Assembly: GCA_951406725.2 (NCBI GenBank)
Contig: OX597815.1
Coordinates: 36,394,001 to 36,458,000, forward strand
Reading direction: 5' to 3'
From: Octopus vulgaris
Taxonomy: Eukaryota
Length of the DNA stretch: 64,000 bases
Part shown: positions 51,317-64,000 of the stretch, piece by piece
Layout of the letters: each line of letters starts with the position of its first letter
Numbering within the stretch: the stretch's first letter is position 1
Notes under the pieces: model-generated
The model's input: only the letters and a program-made list of their open reading frames with translations
Told to the model about the DNA's origin: nothing
Databases searched by the model: none
Made by a program: the position numbers and the translations under genes

Positions 51317-51518
51317 ACTCTTTTACTTGTTTCAGTCATTTGACTGTGGCCATGCTGGAGCACCACCTTTAGTCGAGCAAATCAACCCCAGGACTTATTC
51401 TTTGTAAGCCTAGTACTTATTCTATCGGTCTCTTTTGCCGAACCGCTAAGTTACGGTGACGTAAACACACCAGCATCGGTTGTCAAGTGATGTTGGGGGG
51501 ACAAACACAGACACACAA

Positions 51519-51591
<73 letters not shown>

Positions 51592-51707
51592 TGGGCTTTT
51601 TTCAGTTTCCATCTACCAAATCCACTCACAAGGCTTTGGTCAGCCCGAGGCTATAGTAGAAGACACTTGCCCAAGGTGCCACGCAGTGGGACTGAACCTG
51701 GAACCAT
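51317..51707 (-). mobile_element. SINE family A, 5' tip missing, expanded (CA)n
   Basis: Reverse complement of the family A body and tail. Confidence 0.93.
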
Positions 51708-52227
51708 ACTCTACAGCAAAAGTGTAAAACTTTTAAGCAGCTAAATGTAGCAATATCACAAAGCAGACTCTTTTTCGCTTCCCTCTCAGGCACAAGTTAC
51801 TATCTTTAATGCCTCAAATAGACTTGATTTAATTTGTCTTAACATACAACTACCCTCTCATAGATACACTACTTTCAAATCTTACCTCCTAAACACAAGC
51901 AACAAACTCATTCACATCACAAATACAACCTATCAGTCTTAACTTTCATTTCAAGACATAATTAATCTTAATTGCCATCTCAGACACCAGACAAATTCCA
52001 TCTAAACAGAAACCTTTTGACTAATCATGTTTACTCTCAGACGTGCTTTAGCAGGTCTAGTTCTTTCTCTTAGACACAATTTACCATCAGACACAATCTA
52101 TTAACTAGTCTTGTGAGTCAACAAGGAAGCCACTTTGTGGTCATGCAAACTGCTTAGAAACAACAGTCAAATCTCCTTTAATTCCACTCTACTATCTTAT
52201 AAAATGAAAGGCACATTGGATAATATA

Positions 52228-52461
52228 TATTTCTTTACTACCCACAAGGGGCTAAACACAGAGGGGACAAACAAGGTCAGACAAATGGATTAAGTTGATT
52301 ACATCGACCCCAGTGCGTTACTGGTACTTAATTTATCGATCCCGAAAGGATGAAAGGCAAAGTCGCCCTTCGCAGAATTTGAACCCAGAATGTAATGGCA
52401 GACGAAATACGGCTACGCATTTCGCCCGGCGTGCTAACGTTTCTGCCAGCTCACCGCCTTT
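52228..52461 (-). mobile_element. SINE family B with 16-bp TSD, nested in family E
   Basis: Full family B sequence flanked by cacattgg(a/g)taatata. Confidence 0.94.
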
Positions 52462-53449
52462 ACACATTGGGTAATATAGTTTGAGATATACTTTACCTGA
52501 ATAAAAAAGGTAGGATGGTCAGGGCTGGAATACCTTTAACCATAGCTCTCCTTGATCAGAGCTAATTCGGAGCTACTCAAGTATGACTAGTCTTTACTTC
52601 ACTCTCATATATATACATGCTCTTGGCATTTTAGTTTTACTCTCAGTTACAAAGGTGCTACTAATTTAACTTTCCTCTCTTACACAAGCTTACTAGTTTT
52701 GACACCTGTCTTTAATTATACAACACACAACCCATTTTCTAATAATTTCCAAAATGAAACACCAGCATGATTCTTGTCTGTGCTTGCAAGGGTTGGACAT
52801 GTTTGACAGCATCTTGCCTCCTGTTATGGTCTATTTGTGCTAACCTAGGCCTATTTATTTATGCTGTGCTTATCAATCTCACTTGCCTTTCAAGAAATTT
52901 CACCTCCAAGTGAAATTTGGAAAATCAGGAAAGGCATGGCAAGAGTAGAAGAAAATGTCTGTCTTAATCTCCTCGATATGAAAATGAAGAATGAATGAAT
53001 ACTAGGGACAACAACAAAACAAAATGAACTTCAAATAAAACCAACATTATTTAAAAAACAAATCAAACTATGTCTGTTGAAAAATTAAAGAACAAAAAAC
53101 ATACAATTGGCCAAATCAATGATGCTCAATGTATTTCACAATGTAAGTTTAATGTGAGCTCAATATGAAAATAATGTAACTTGTTATTCAGAAATGATGA
53201 GAGTCTTATCAGAAGGTTAACTCTTAAGAATAAGGTTTATCTCTTACTACAAGCGTTGTGAATGAAAAAGTTTAAAAGAAAATGTTGAACCAATGAAGTG
53301 TTTTACATTTTGTTACACATCAATAATTGAGGGAAAATATCAACGCAAACATACTTGCTAATGTAAGAGGATTTATAATAAACAATAACAGTCTCAAAAC
53401 TTAAAACAGAACAACTTACATAAAAGAACTCATTGAAACTATAACAACA

Positions 53450-54550
53450 TATCACACAGAAAAAGATGAACTACCACAAATAAATGGAAGTATCACAACA
53501 GTATCTCTTATATACAAAACAGACAAGACTCCATAAAAGAACAAAAACAATAATACTGAGATGACCTCCACAAGAAATGACTACAGAACTCACCGCACAA
53601 GAAACAAAGAAGGAATATGAGAAATTCAAAAGCAGGCACAACAAATAAGGAGAGTTAGAATCAAAAATGACAATAAACACCATAGAAGTACATGCACTTG
53701 ACCTCATATTTAATAACAATTAATAAAAGTACTCCACAACAGATCGGAGTTAAACACTGAAGAGTACCTAACACGAAGAATAAAAAAGGAACATAACAAA
53801 ATCTTAAACATGGATCAACATTAACAACTGCCCCACATAAAAAGAAATTAATCTAATAGAACCTGCAAGAAATTCTGTCCAGAGGAAGCAAACTGAATAA
53901 TCTAATATATTCATAGCAGCTGTAGTATCGAAGGAAACTAGATTTGATCCTGACCAGACAACATCTCCACCAGCATTGGAAATATAAACAAGAAATGGAA
54001 AATTATACAGAAAGACCTGACCATAAGTAGCAAAATGGAAGTTAAGGAATCTGACATGAAATGAGGAGGGGGAAAAGAATCCAGACAGCTGAAAATTCTA
54101 TCAATTAAATGGTATCCTGAAAGCATAAAAAAAGCTTGAGCAAATCATATCAGTAAAATCAAACAGCTTAGACACTTCAATGTGTTTGTTTCCAAGAGAT
54201 AGAATATAGATAGAATATACCAATGCCACATCCAAGGAGAGAGGAGCCTGACACAAATAGAAAACTACTAAAAAGTAACAACAGCAGAACTAAAAAAAAA
54301 AATACTTAAAACTGAAAGGGAACTGATAAGAAATATGGGGAAAACAAACAATTTTTATGTATATGGAAACAAAGTACAGACTGGGAAATAACAACACAGA
54401 AGGGGAAAAAATTGAAGAAAGAGCAAAACAACAGAAAAAGGTTAAAAAATAATCAAAATGGAATTTCAAGGTCTAAGGAAAAACAAAATGAAGAGAAAAG
54501 CCACTCCATGGCTAATGCTCCATAAACTTGACAGAAAGATTGTAGTGTGA
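53450..54550 (+). mobile_element. Highly decayed R4/Dong-like ORF N-terminal region
   Basis: A-rich strand with KLNNLIY/AAVVSKE, then ..HWKYK.. and KLEQIISVKSN, resembling the R4/Dong pre-RT region. Confidence 0.45.
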
Positions 54551-56699
54551 AAGCCGACAATGGTCCAAAATTATATATAAAAAGAGAAACATGTCTGATT
54601 CTCGATTAACAAGACTAATGTCTAGACACAATCACAAAAACAAAATAATGAACAATAAATGTTAATATCAAGTAGAGGACTATGCAATTAATACAATGAG
54701 ACAATTGACCACATCATTTCTAACTGTTCAGTTCTTGCCAAGTCTAAGTATATTCAAGGATAACAAGTCAGCAACTATATCCACTGGACAATATACTGAC
54801 ATGAATAAGAAGTTGCATCAGCATATACTAGCTACACTACATACCAATAGCCCAGTCCTTGCCAAATCTGAATATATTCACACATGTGAACAAATTAGCA
54901 ACTATGTCCATTGGATAATATCCTGACATGGATAAGGAGAGGTATAAACATATACTAGACCCAATACGTGATAACTTATCTACAGTCATCTAATAAAAAC
55001 ACAGACAATATCAAGGTAAATCACTTAAATATGGCATTTAAAGACTTGAACAAAAGTGTTTGTAGTAATATAAACGTCTAAAGTGTTTGTACTAATATAC
55101 ATTTTTGGCCAAAAACACTGCCCAGAAGGAGATAGAAAAATTGTCAGGGTACAAGTAACTTGCAAAAAGCAGGGTGTGTGGCATAAAAATGAAAACAGAA
55201 CCAATAACATAGTATATGTAATGATAAAAAAAATATGAACAAAAACAAAAAAAATATACCAGAGCTCACTGCATAACACAAAGTGCAAAAGATAGCCCTA
55301 CTAGGCCACAGCCCACAACCTACACAAAACACTTTCAATTCACTAGCACAACTCAAACAGTACACTCCCTACACATAAAACTATTTTTACATAACTGATA
55401 CCTAACAAACTCCAACAATTCACATTCAACAAAAACTGCCACTCAGTAATATAACAACTTGCACAGCATATATTCTACACAATTACTAACCCACACTAAA
55501 AGACGTAACTTCAATCATATACTACATACCAAAACACAAACACCACTCGACGAACAACACAACTTACACAGCACATACCCTGTATGACAGACAAAACACC
55601 ATCAGAAATAACAAAATGAATCTTCTAACAGAACTGGTGAAATATACAAACATAATTTTCTACATCTGCAAAAACAATACTGCTCAAAGCTCAAGAATAC
55701 AGAGGTGTACTTGGTAGTGTAGTAAAAACTTGCATAAAACTATTGAAAACATGATAAATAATAATGCTCTTCTAAAACATAATGTAATGATAAAAAAGAA
55801 AAAAAACTTCAAAAGTCTCATTAAAATTATTTATTCAGTTTCATGTGCTGCATTCCATTGACAGCCAGGTATTTCCTCCAGGTATTTATGTCTATTATAA
55901 TGAACAATCAAGGTGTATCATCAGGTAGAGAGGCATACATGTTATGATAAAAGAGAAATAAATTAATATTTATATATATACCTCAAATTATGCCCGTTTC
56001 ACTGACAAATAACAATATGAAATGAGTTGCAGAGGGGATGATGGTAGTGGCTGGTGTTGTTATCATGTGCATTACTACACATGGGATTCAAAAGGTTTCC
56101 ACTACTTTAGTTAAGAGTAAGGAAGGAACAAAGAGTAAAGGAAGAAAAAAAATAATGATGGAAGAAGGAAGAAGGATGGTAGAAGAAAAATTAAAAAGGG
56201 GAAGACTGAAGAAAAAAGAAGAGTCAAAGAAAAGAAATTTTTTATGTAATGGATTGGTCAGGAGGAAGAAATTGTGATTCTGCCATTGCAAACTCAAGAC
56301 GGATAAGCTCAATGCAATGATATAGAAATACAACCCATTGATATAAGCCACAAAGGACATTGTAAAACATATTTTATCTGCTTACAATGTGGAATTTAAC
56401 TTTCGCTATGTACATGGAAAAGGTAACAAGAAAACCAATTCTAATATATCTGTTCTCTATACTATCATTATTCAAATGCATGGTCTTCAGTAATGCCTTA
56501 TAGCAAGAAAGTATCTGACCCAAAGAGCAATGCTTGGTAGAAGCCTATGTTTGCGGTAAAGTCATTGAAAGTGAACAACTCAAAGGAGGTCTGATCAAAT
56601 TAGCTTCCACTGTCTTTGAATGTGGGGTCTAAATTAAGATTTTAAGTGTTTATTTTTAATTCCAGTTATCCTGATATAAATCTTATAACTGGAACCAGT

Positions 56700-57700
56700 G
56701 AACTATGACTAAGACAGGGCAGATGGGATTCAATACAGACCTATCATCACCATGTGGAAAGGTGAAGTGGCTGAGAAGATAAAGAAATACTTTGCCAGTT
56801 TATGGACTGTGCATTCATCTGCATCTTTGAACATGATAGCTCATTTATTCAACATATTTCATTTCAGTGAGTTATCAAAAATTGAGAAACACTGGGACTC
56901 CCCAAAAAGTTAACTGCAACAAAAATAGCATTCTCTCCAATAGGATATTTATCTCTCATTTCTTTAACACTGAAGGTAGAATTAACTAGCAATCCAGTGT
57001 ACTCTGAAATTTGTGAATTAATACCTTTGTTTTTAACTTCATCACCCAAATTCAAATCAACATTTTTATACATATCTGTAACTCTGCAAGACTCAGTGAT
57101 TCAATAAAGCAATATAATTTCCATCTGTACCTATTTCTTTACTACCCACAAGGGGCTAAACACAGAGGGGACGAACAAGGACAGACAAATGGATTAAGTC
57201 AGTTATATCAACCCCAGTGTGTAACTGGTACTTATTTAATCGACCCCGAAAGGATGAAAGGCAAAGTCGACCTCGGCGGAATTTGAACTCAGGACGTAGC
57301 GGCAGACAAAATACTAAGCATTTCGCCTGGCGTGATAACATTTCTGCCAGCTTGCCACCTTTCCATCTATACCTAAGAAGTTTAACACTTACTTGAACAC
57401 TTTAAGTAAATGAAAGCTAAATCTCCCATGGATAAGAAGCAGGTTTATCACAAGTAACATTTCCAGATTATGATCTAATAACTAGTCCAGAAAGCTAGAT
57501 GAACTGAAATATTGATGAATAAAATATTTAGCATCACTCACCCAAGCAGTAAAATGAGAAAACCAGCACCATTTTATAATAGATTCATCAATTAATCTCA
57601 TTCCCCAGTGTGATTCTTTTTTTGTTTATAACCATTTCTATAAAGTAAGTTAGTTGCTACTCTACCAGTAAACAATGGCAAAAGGTCATACCTCTACTGA
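56700..57700 (-). mobile_element. Possible decayed hAT-family transposase fragment, split by a SINE
   Basis: Scattered motifs CDKP.., KNVDLNLG and FTFPHGDD (compare the hAT C-terminal L.HGNA.VER). Weak. Confidence 0.3.
57134..57359 (-). mobile_element. SINE family B with 16-bp TSD
   Basis: Full family B sequence flanked by tttccatct(g/a)taccta. Confidence 0.94.
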
Positions 57701-57797
57701 TGAAGATTAATAAGGCAGAAACATTCAGGAAAAATCTCCCTTGCTTGCTCCTCTAAATAATGATGCAAGATAGCCACCAATATTATTATTGATATTT

Positions 57798-57970
57798 AAG
57801 ATGGCAAACTGGCAGAATTGTTAGCATGCCAGACAACATTTCATCTGTCTTCATGTTCTGGGTTCAAATTCTGCCATGGTTAACTTTGATTTTCATTCTT
57901 TCAGGGGCAATAAAATAAGTACCAGTTGATTACTAAGGTCAATGTAATTGACTTATTCCTCCCCCAAACT
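57798..57970 (+). mobile_element. Decayed family B-variant SINE
   Basis: ggcaaactggcagaattgttagc..gttctgggttcaaattctgcc..aaaataagtaccagttg. Confidence 0.8.
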
Positions 57971-58454
57971 TGAAATCTATATTATTACTAATATTTAATC
58001 ATACAATAATTATTTCTGACATTGAAAACTCAGACATCTTGCCTATACAATGGGTACACTATTAGCTTTTCCGGTTGTTTGTTTAGGTTTTATTAATTTA
58101 AACTAAGCAAAACAACAAGTTTGAAGAAAATATTCCAGTAACTACAGAACTAACCTTTCTTATTTGTTGTTTGTTTCAAAAGCATAACTGTATTTGGTTA
58201 GACTACAAGACAGAATTTGTCTATCCAAATGCATATAAAGTTTTAAGATAGCACAGGAAGAGAATTAAAAAAAAATAATAAAAATACTAAAAAATTTATC
58301 AATTTCTTTTTTTATTTTTTTAGTGTTGGTGGTGGCTGGGTGGGTGATAAAAATGTCAATAAAAGAAAGATTGTTATCTTACTCAGAACTGATGTTGTAA
58401 TTAAAAATATGATAAACAACAACAGAAACATATGTAACTGCTTGATGGAGATGC

Positions 58455-58856
58455 AGTTGATGGTAGTGGTGACAGTAGCAGTAGTAGCAGTAGTGGTGGT
58501 GTTGGTAGTAGTAATGGCGATAGTAGTAGTAATGGTGGTGGTAGTAGTAATGTTGGTGGTGATAGTAGTAGTAGTAGAAATAGGAGTAGTAGTAACATGG
58601 TGGCAAGAGTAATAATGGTAAGCATTGAGGTGTTAGTGGTGGTGGTAGTAGTACTAAGAGCATTGAGGTGTTAGTGGTGGTGGTAGTAGTAGTAGTACTA
58701 AGGCTCAATAACAGTAGTAGTGGTTTTTTTTGTTAGAGTAGTACTAATGAAAGCCGTGATGGTAGTAATACTTAATAACTTTAGCGGTGTTAGTGGCAAT
58801 GTTGAAAGTAGGTAGTAGTTGTAATAGTAGTAACAGTAGTAGTGGCACTAGTATTA
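58455..58856. repeat. (GTA/GTG)n low-complexity tract with a ~39-bp duplication
   Basis: Trinucleotide repeats; agcattgaggtgttagtggtggtggtagtagta occurs twice at 58621-58700. Confidence 0.93.
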
Positions 58857-61800
58857 GCTTACTGTGCAATACAAAAACAAAAAAAAGCAACAAAAAAGAC
58901 AAACAAACAAAAAAAAAAAAACACTAATATTACTTCAGACTTCAGAAATAAAACCAAAAGTTTTGAAAGCAAAACAAAACAAAACAAAAAATGTCTGCAC
59001 CATTTAGAAAGATAAGTTAGTTTGTCGGCATAAAGAATTTTCTCAGTTGGATGCTTTTCCTATTACCAAGACTATTCTTTTATTTCATTTTCATTTTAAG
59101 CTTGTTGTTGGGGGAGGGGGAGTAGGGGGGAGGATTTCCTCCCTTATTTACATAGCACCACACTAGCAATATTCAGCGGAGAGGGAGACCCCTAGTTTAC
59201 TTTTACCCTGTCTTTATGTCTATCAGTTTATCTGTATATTTATATTTACTTCTTTCCTCATCCAACTCAACTTATTTTCCCCCATAAAAACTATTTTCTC
59301 CATAAAAAGTGAAGATTATGCAAAGCTTTGAAATTTGGTAAGTTACCTTCTACGTGATCTACTTAATCTTACTTTATTTATTTATTTTTTTTGTAGCAGA
59401 GGTGGGCTGGGATTCAGCACACAGATAAGCCAACAAGCCTCATCGCACTCCTCCAAATAAATTTTATATGCTTTAAAATCACTTAAAAATTGCAAAAATG
59501 CAAATTTAAATCCAATTTCTCATGTTTGCCTGGTTTATTTCTGAATATTTTTACACTTTCACTTGGATGCACTCCTTGCTACTAACCACTCAACTGTATA
59601 GTAGAGAGTGGAGTTAGTTTTATAACCAGATACTCAAACTGAAACAAGTAGGGTTGTGTAACCTGCTCTGGGATACACCACAATGGCTGTAGAAGCAAGG
59701 TTCAAACTCTGAGCCAACACTTTTGCCTCTTTTGCTTTATAAACATATATCTTGTCAACTGTTACTGATATTATTTCTGCTGCAATTTATACTCCTTGTA
59801 TACATTATAAGAACCACGTCAGCCTGATTGCGTATTTTTTATTATATTTTGTTTTCTTTCAGTTTGTGCCAGTCTAACAAAGAAGACTGTAGAGAATGCT
59901 GTCAATCCAGCATGGTTTTGTATGTCTGTAAGTGCAGGTGCCATCTTTTGGGAAACTAAACTTCATCTTTGGTTACCTCTCCTCAAGCATACACTGCAGA
60001 CGACTGGTACAGCTTCCTAACAGCCTCCCTGACACTTAAGAAACAATGATTAAAGAATCCTAAAAAAAATACTCAATAAGTACCAAAACAACTACCAGTC
60101 ATTCACCACAGCCAAATTTCTCCCAAATTACAACCTATCTTTAAAAAAAAGGAACAATGCATTGAATAATATACTTCTAGATATAATATACTTCTAGATG
60201 GGCAAGAAAGCCAAGATGGCCAAGCAAAGTGGAAATTATTGATGAATGATCTATAAAGTGTGTCATACTCTCCAATGAGTAGGGAGTACACCAATTTGCT
60301 ACAGTAGAATATTTGAATGGTTATAATATTGTCAATTTCTATCTGGGTCATACTTCAAGTAATGGTTTAGTCGGCACCATTCTGCTTTTTTATTGCCAAT
60401 GTCTTCTAAAATCTTAGAGCTTAAAGCAGGGTCTTGTGTAGAAAGTGATAAGAACACAAAGTTGCTCTAGTGTGCATTTCAAATGACTATTTTCTTTCAT
60501 CTTTCAGACACTGGACTGTGGCTATACTGGGGTTTAGTTAAATTGACAAACCAACACCAGTTGCCAAGTGGTTGGGGGGATACAAATAGACTGAGCTTGT
60601 ACACAGTTCCCATCTACCAAATTCACTCACAAGGTATTGGTTGTCTCTATATAGAAACTTTCTCACAAGTTCAAATAGGCATGTAAGTAGTAGATTCTTT
60701 GGAAAAAGTAGAATCCAAGTAAACCTAGTTATGTTCAGCTTCAGCAAAAAAATGATATTTAATAAAATTCATAACATAAGTTTATGTGCTGTGATGCAAG
60801 GTGGAGTTCTAATTTTTTGGATGACAAGAGATTTAAAAACAAATAGAAACCTTTTATAAAAATTTCTTTGAAGAAGAGCCCTGTCAGAAATGTCAGATGT
60901 TCACAAACACAAATTATTTTTTTAATTTTACCAGATTCTTAGCTGGTGAGTCAAGAGTCTATATCCTGTTTGTTCTATAAATATCCATTAACACAATAAA
61001 TTTCATGCTTTATACAATTATGCCACAATAAAGAATGATAGGGATTGTTTAAATCGATTGAAATAGGGTACATTAACTGAAAGGGTAACACATTGTCAGC
61101 AACTAGTTTTATGCTTAGTGACTCAGCAGTCTTGTTATCACTTCACTACTTCACATGTATGTGTGTAATTAATATAAGTGAGAGTTGCAATTAATTTAAC
61201 CAAATATGTATTCTGATATACGAAGACAACATCAAATAAATTGAGTTAGCCTAAAATTTAAAAGTCTTGGCATATCATACGCAAGAGAAAATTGACCTTG
61301 GTGGTATTTGAACTCATGCAAAGTGACAAAACTAAATACAGCAACACGTTTTTGTCTAATTCTCTACCAATTCTACCAAATTACTGCTTCTTCTTTTTCT
61401 GTTTGTAAAATAAACAAAATCCAGAAATAACAATACACTTGGTTCAGATTTCATGTTCATTACATTGCACAGAAAGCCAGCATCACCATTATGAAAGTCA
61501 TTGATGACAGTGGTGGTGGTGGTGGTGGTAGTGGTAGTGTTTAATGCTGGTTTTGTATTTTTTTGCTTTCAAAGCAGGCTTGGCTCAAATACTTTGACAG
61601 AACTGAGTCCACTCACTGATCATGCCATCGAGGTAATATAACCTACCTAGCTCAACTTTCACAACATAGCTCCAAAATCTCTAACCTCTTTTCAACAACT
61701 ACCAACCAGCTTGCAAATAAACTTTTTGTCTCCCAGTAAACATCATCTACTCTCATCATATATGCATGTAAAACATAACTTCTTTACCAGCTGCTTACAG

Positions 61801-62607
61801 AGTGCACTTGCACCCTGATTCTTTCTCTCTCTCTCTTCACATTACATGTCTAAATTACCATGTCATTTTTCATTACCTTTACACATGCACACACACACAT
61901 AATCTTTCTCTCTTTCTCAATGTTTCCCACAGGAATAGTATGTACCAGATCAAATTTTCTTCAAAACAAAAAACAAAAAAAAGTCTTTTAGAAATTGAAT
62001 GACAGAGGAATCTTTTATGAGTAGGTAAGTCTAAGCTGAATACAGAACAGTTACATAATTCCTTATCATCAATTAATTCCTTACTGTCAACTATCTAAAA
62101 TGCTGGAATATTTTGGTGCTAGAGGAGAGAACACAAGTTCCCAAAGAGCTGAATATGTAAACAAGCTTCATTTTATAGTTGAAACTGGCTGTCTAATGCC
62201 ATATGAACACAAGTGCACTCAACTCCCTTTCCTCATGCCATCCGTATTGTATCCCCTCCAACCCAGCACAAACCACTAATACCTATCCTTCTTCCCCATC
62301 AGTCATCCAGAATGCTCTCCCCGACATTGCTTTTTTTCTCTCTGCAGTTGTTCAAGAAGAATACCAATTACATTGTTCATGCCAGCCTCAGAGGCTTGTG
62401 AGGTCAAGGTCATTCCTTTCCTTCAGACCAAACCATTACAAAATAAATAGATACAAACCTTATTAAAGAGAGAAGTACGATCATGTTACAGAAAACTGGG
62501 TCTACTGTTTCACTTCTACTATATTCCAAAGAATATATTATTGACACATTAGTAGTGTTCCGCTTTGTTGCTATAGAATAAATCTACAAATTTCAGCCAA
62601 CCCATCA

Positions 62608-63036
62608 TACTCCTTTTACTCTCTTTTACTTGTTTCAGTCATTTGACTGTGGCCATGCTGGAGCACCGCCTTTAGTCGAGCAAATCAACCCCAGGACTTA
62701 TTCTTTGGAAGCCTAGTACTTATTCTATCAGACTCTTTTGCCAGAACGCTAAGTTACAGGGACGTAAACACACTACCATCGGTTATCAAGCAATGTTGGG
62801 AGGACAAACACAGACACACAAACATATACACACACATACATACATATATATATATATATATACACATATATACGACGGGCTCCTTTCAGTTTCCATCTAC
62901 CAAGTCCACTCACAAGGCTTTGGTCAGCCCGAGGCTATAGTAGAAGATACTTGCCCAAGGTGCCATGCAGTGGGAATGAACCCGGAACCATGTGGTTGGT
63001 AAGCAAGCTACTTACCACACAGCCACTCCTGTGCCT
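62608..63036 (-). mobile_element. SINE family A, full length
   Basis: Complete reverse-complement copy, followed by a short duplication of the head (cttaccacacagcca). Confidence 0.93.
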
Positions 63037-63129
63037 ATGCTTACCACACAGCCATTCTTGCATAAAACTATTTTTTTTTTTACAATGGATAGTCATAAAC
63101 AATTGAGTACTCATTCATAACTATTCACA

Positions 63130-63185
63130 ATTTGCCAAACTGCTAAGCACACAAGCATTGGTTGTCAAGCAATGGTAGGGGGAGA

Positions 63186-63217
<32 letters not shown>

Positions 63218-63372
63218 CGATGGGCTTCTTTCAGTTTCCATCTACCAAATCCACTGACTAGGTTTTGGTCAGCCCAAGGCTATAGTAGAAGACACTTGTC
63301 CAAGGTACCACACAATAGGCCTGAACCTGGGACCATGTGGTTGGTAAGCAATACACAGCCACTCCTGTGCCT
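63130..63372 (-). mobile_element. SINE family A, internally deleted copy
   Basis: gttgtcaagcaatg..(TA)n..ttctttcagtttcc..acacagccactcctgtgcc. Confidence 0.85.
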
Positions 63373-63821
63373 ACAAAAAAATTCAAGTGTTTGGTATATC
63401 TATATATAATAATGAAATTATTGTATACAGTGCTCAGGTACACCACAACTCGTCAAAAGTGCGTATTTAATGATGTTTAATTTATACAAGCAGTTTTGAC
63501 TGAAATCTATAGATTTATTCTAGTACATTATAACAGAATAATGAAATACTGCTGACACCTCAGTAATTTATTAACTGAACCACCTTAAAAATGCTTTATT
63601 TATGCAGATTGATTTTTCTCATTAAGTGAAACCTTTAATAACTGTCTATTTAGATAAGATTTCTATTGGACAGTGATGGAAAGGTACTCAATTACTGAAG
63701 AAATCCCAATAAAGGATTGAAACTGATCCAGCAGATCCTTTTTTCTTGTCCACAGAATTTATTTATATAAAAAGACAGTTTTTGCAATGGCATACTGTAT
63801 TTAAGTTTAATTTACACACAA

Positions 63822-64000
63822 AGGTGCAAGCATGACTGTGTAGCATGGCACCTTGAGCAAGTTTCTTCTACTATAGCCCTGAGCTGACCAAAACCTTGTG
63901 AGTGGATTTGGTAGATGGAAGCTAAAAGAAGCCATCATGTGTGTGTGTGTGTGTGTGTGTGTGTATCTATGTGTATGAGTCTTTGTTTGTCCCCCACCAC
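63822..64000 (+). mobile_element. SINE family A, partial, runs off the window
   Basis: ggcaccttgagcaag..ccttgtgagtggatttggtagatggaa..(TG)n..tttgtcccc. Confidence 0.85.

Noticed and set aside
58340-58708. Poly-V, poly-Y/H and poly-L ORFs
   Set aside because: Artefacts of the (GTA/GTG)n low-complexity tract. The same applies to the K-rich and F-rich ORFs at 23382-23699, 51046-51366 and 56038-56360.

Overview
AT-rich, microsatellite-rich eukaryotic DNA made up almost entirely of transposable-element relics. The SINE repertoire looks like that of Octopus/coleoid cephalopods (my recognition, not a database result). I find no intact protein-coding gene, rRNA, true tRNA or CRISPR array, so the window reads as a long intron or intergenic tract. 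Supported content: a decayed Helitron (RepHel remnant plus 5' end), two TTAA-flanked piggyBac non-autonomous elements and a decayed piggyBac transposase, an LTR-retrotransposon gag/protease remnant, a nest of R4/Dong-clade non-LTR elements in TAA microsatellites, Tx1/L1, RTE, Tigger/pogo, mariner-MITE and possible hAT fragments, and dozens of copies of at least five SINE-like families (labelled A-E here, several with target-site duplications). The most interesting signals are architectural: interleaved inverted repeat pairs that could form dsRNA (ADAR substrates if transcribed), a stack of TAA-targeted retroelements, head-to-tail SINE arrays, modular SINE chimeras, a probable SINE-RTE LINE partnership, and a few weak micro-exon candidates. 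I cannot claim a new biological system from sequence alone. Boundaries of decayed elements are approximate.
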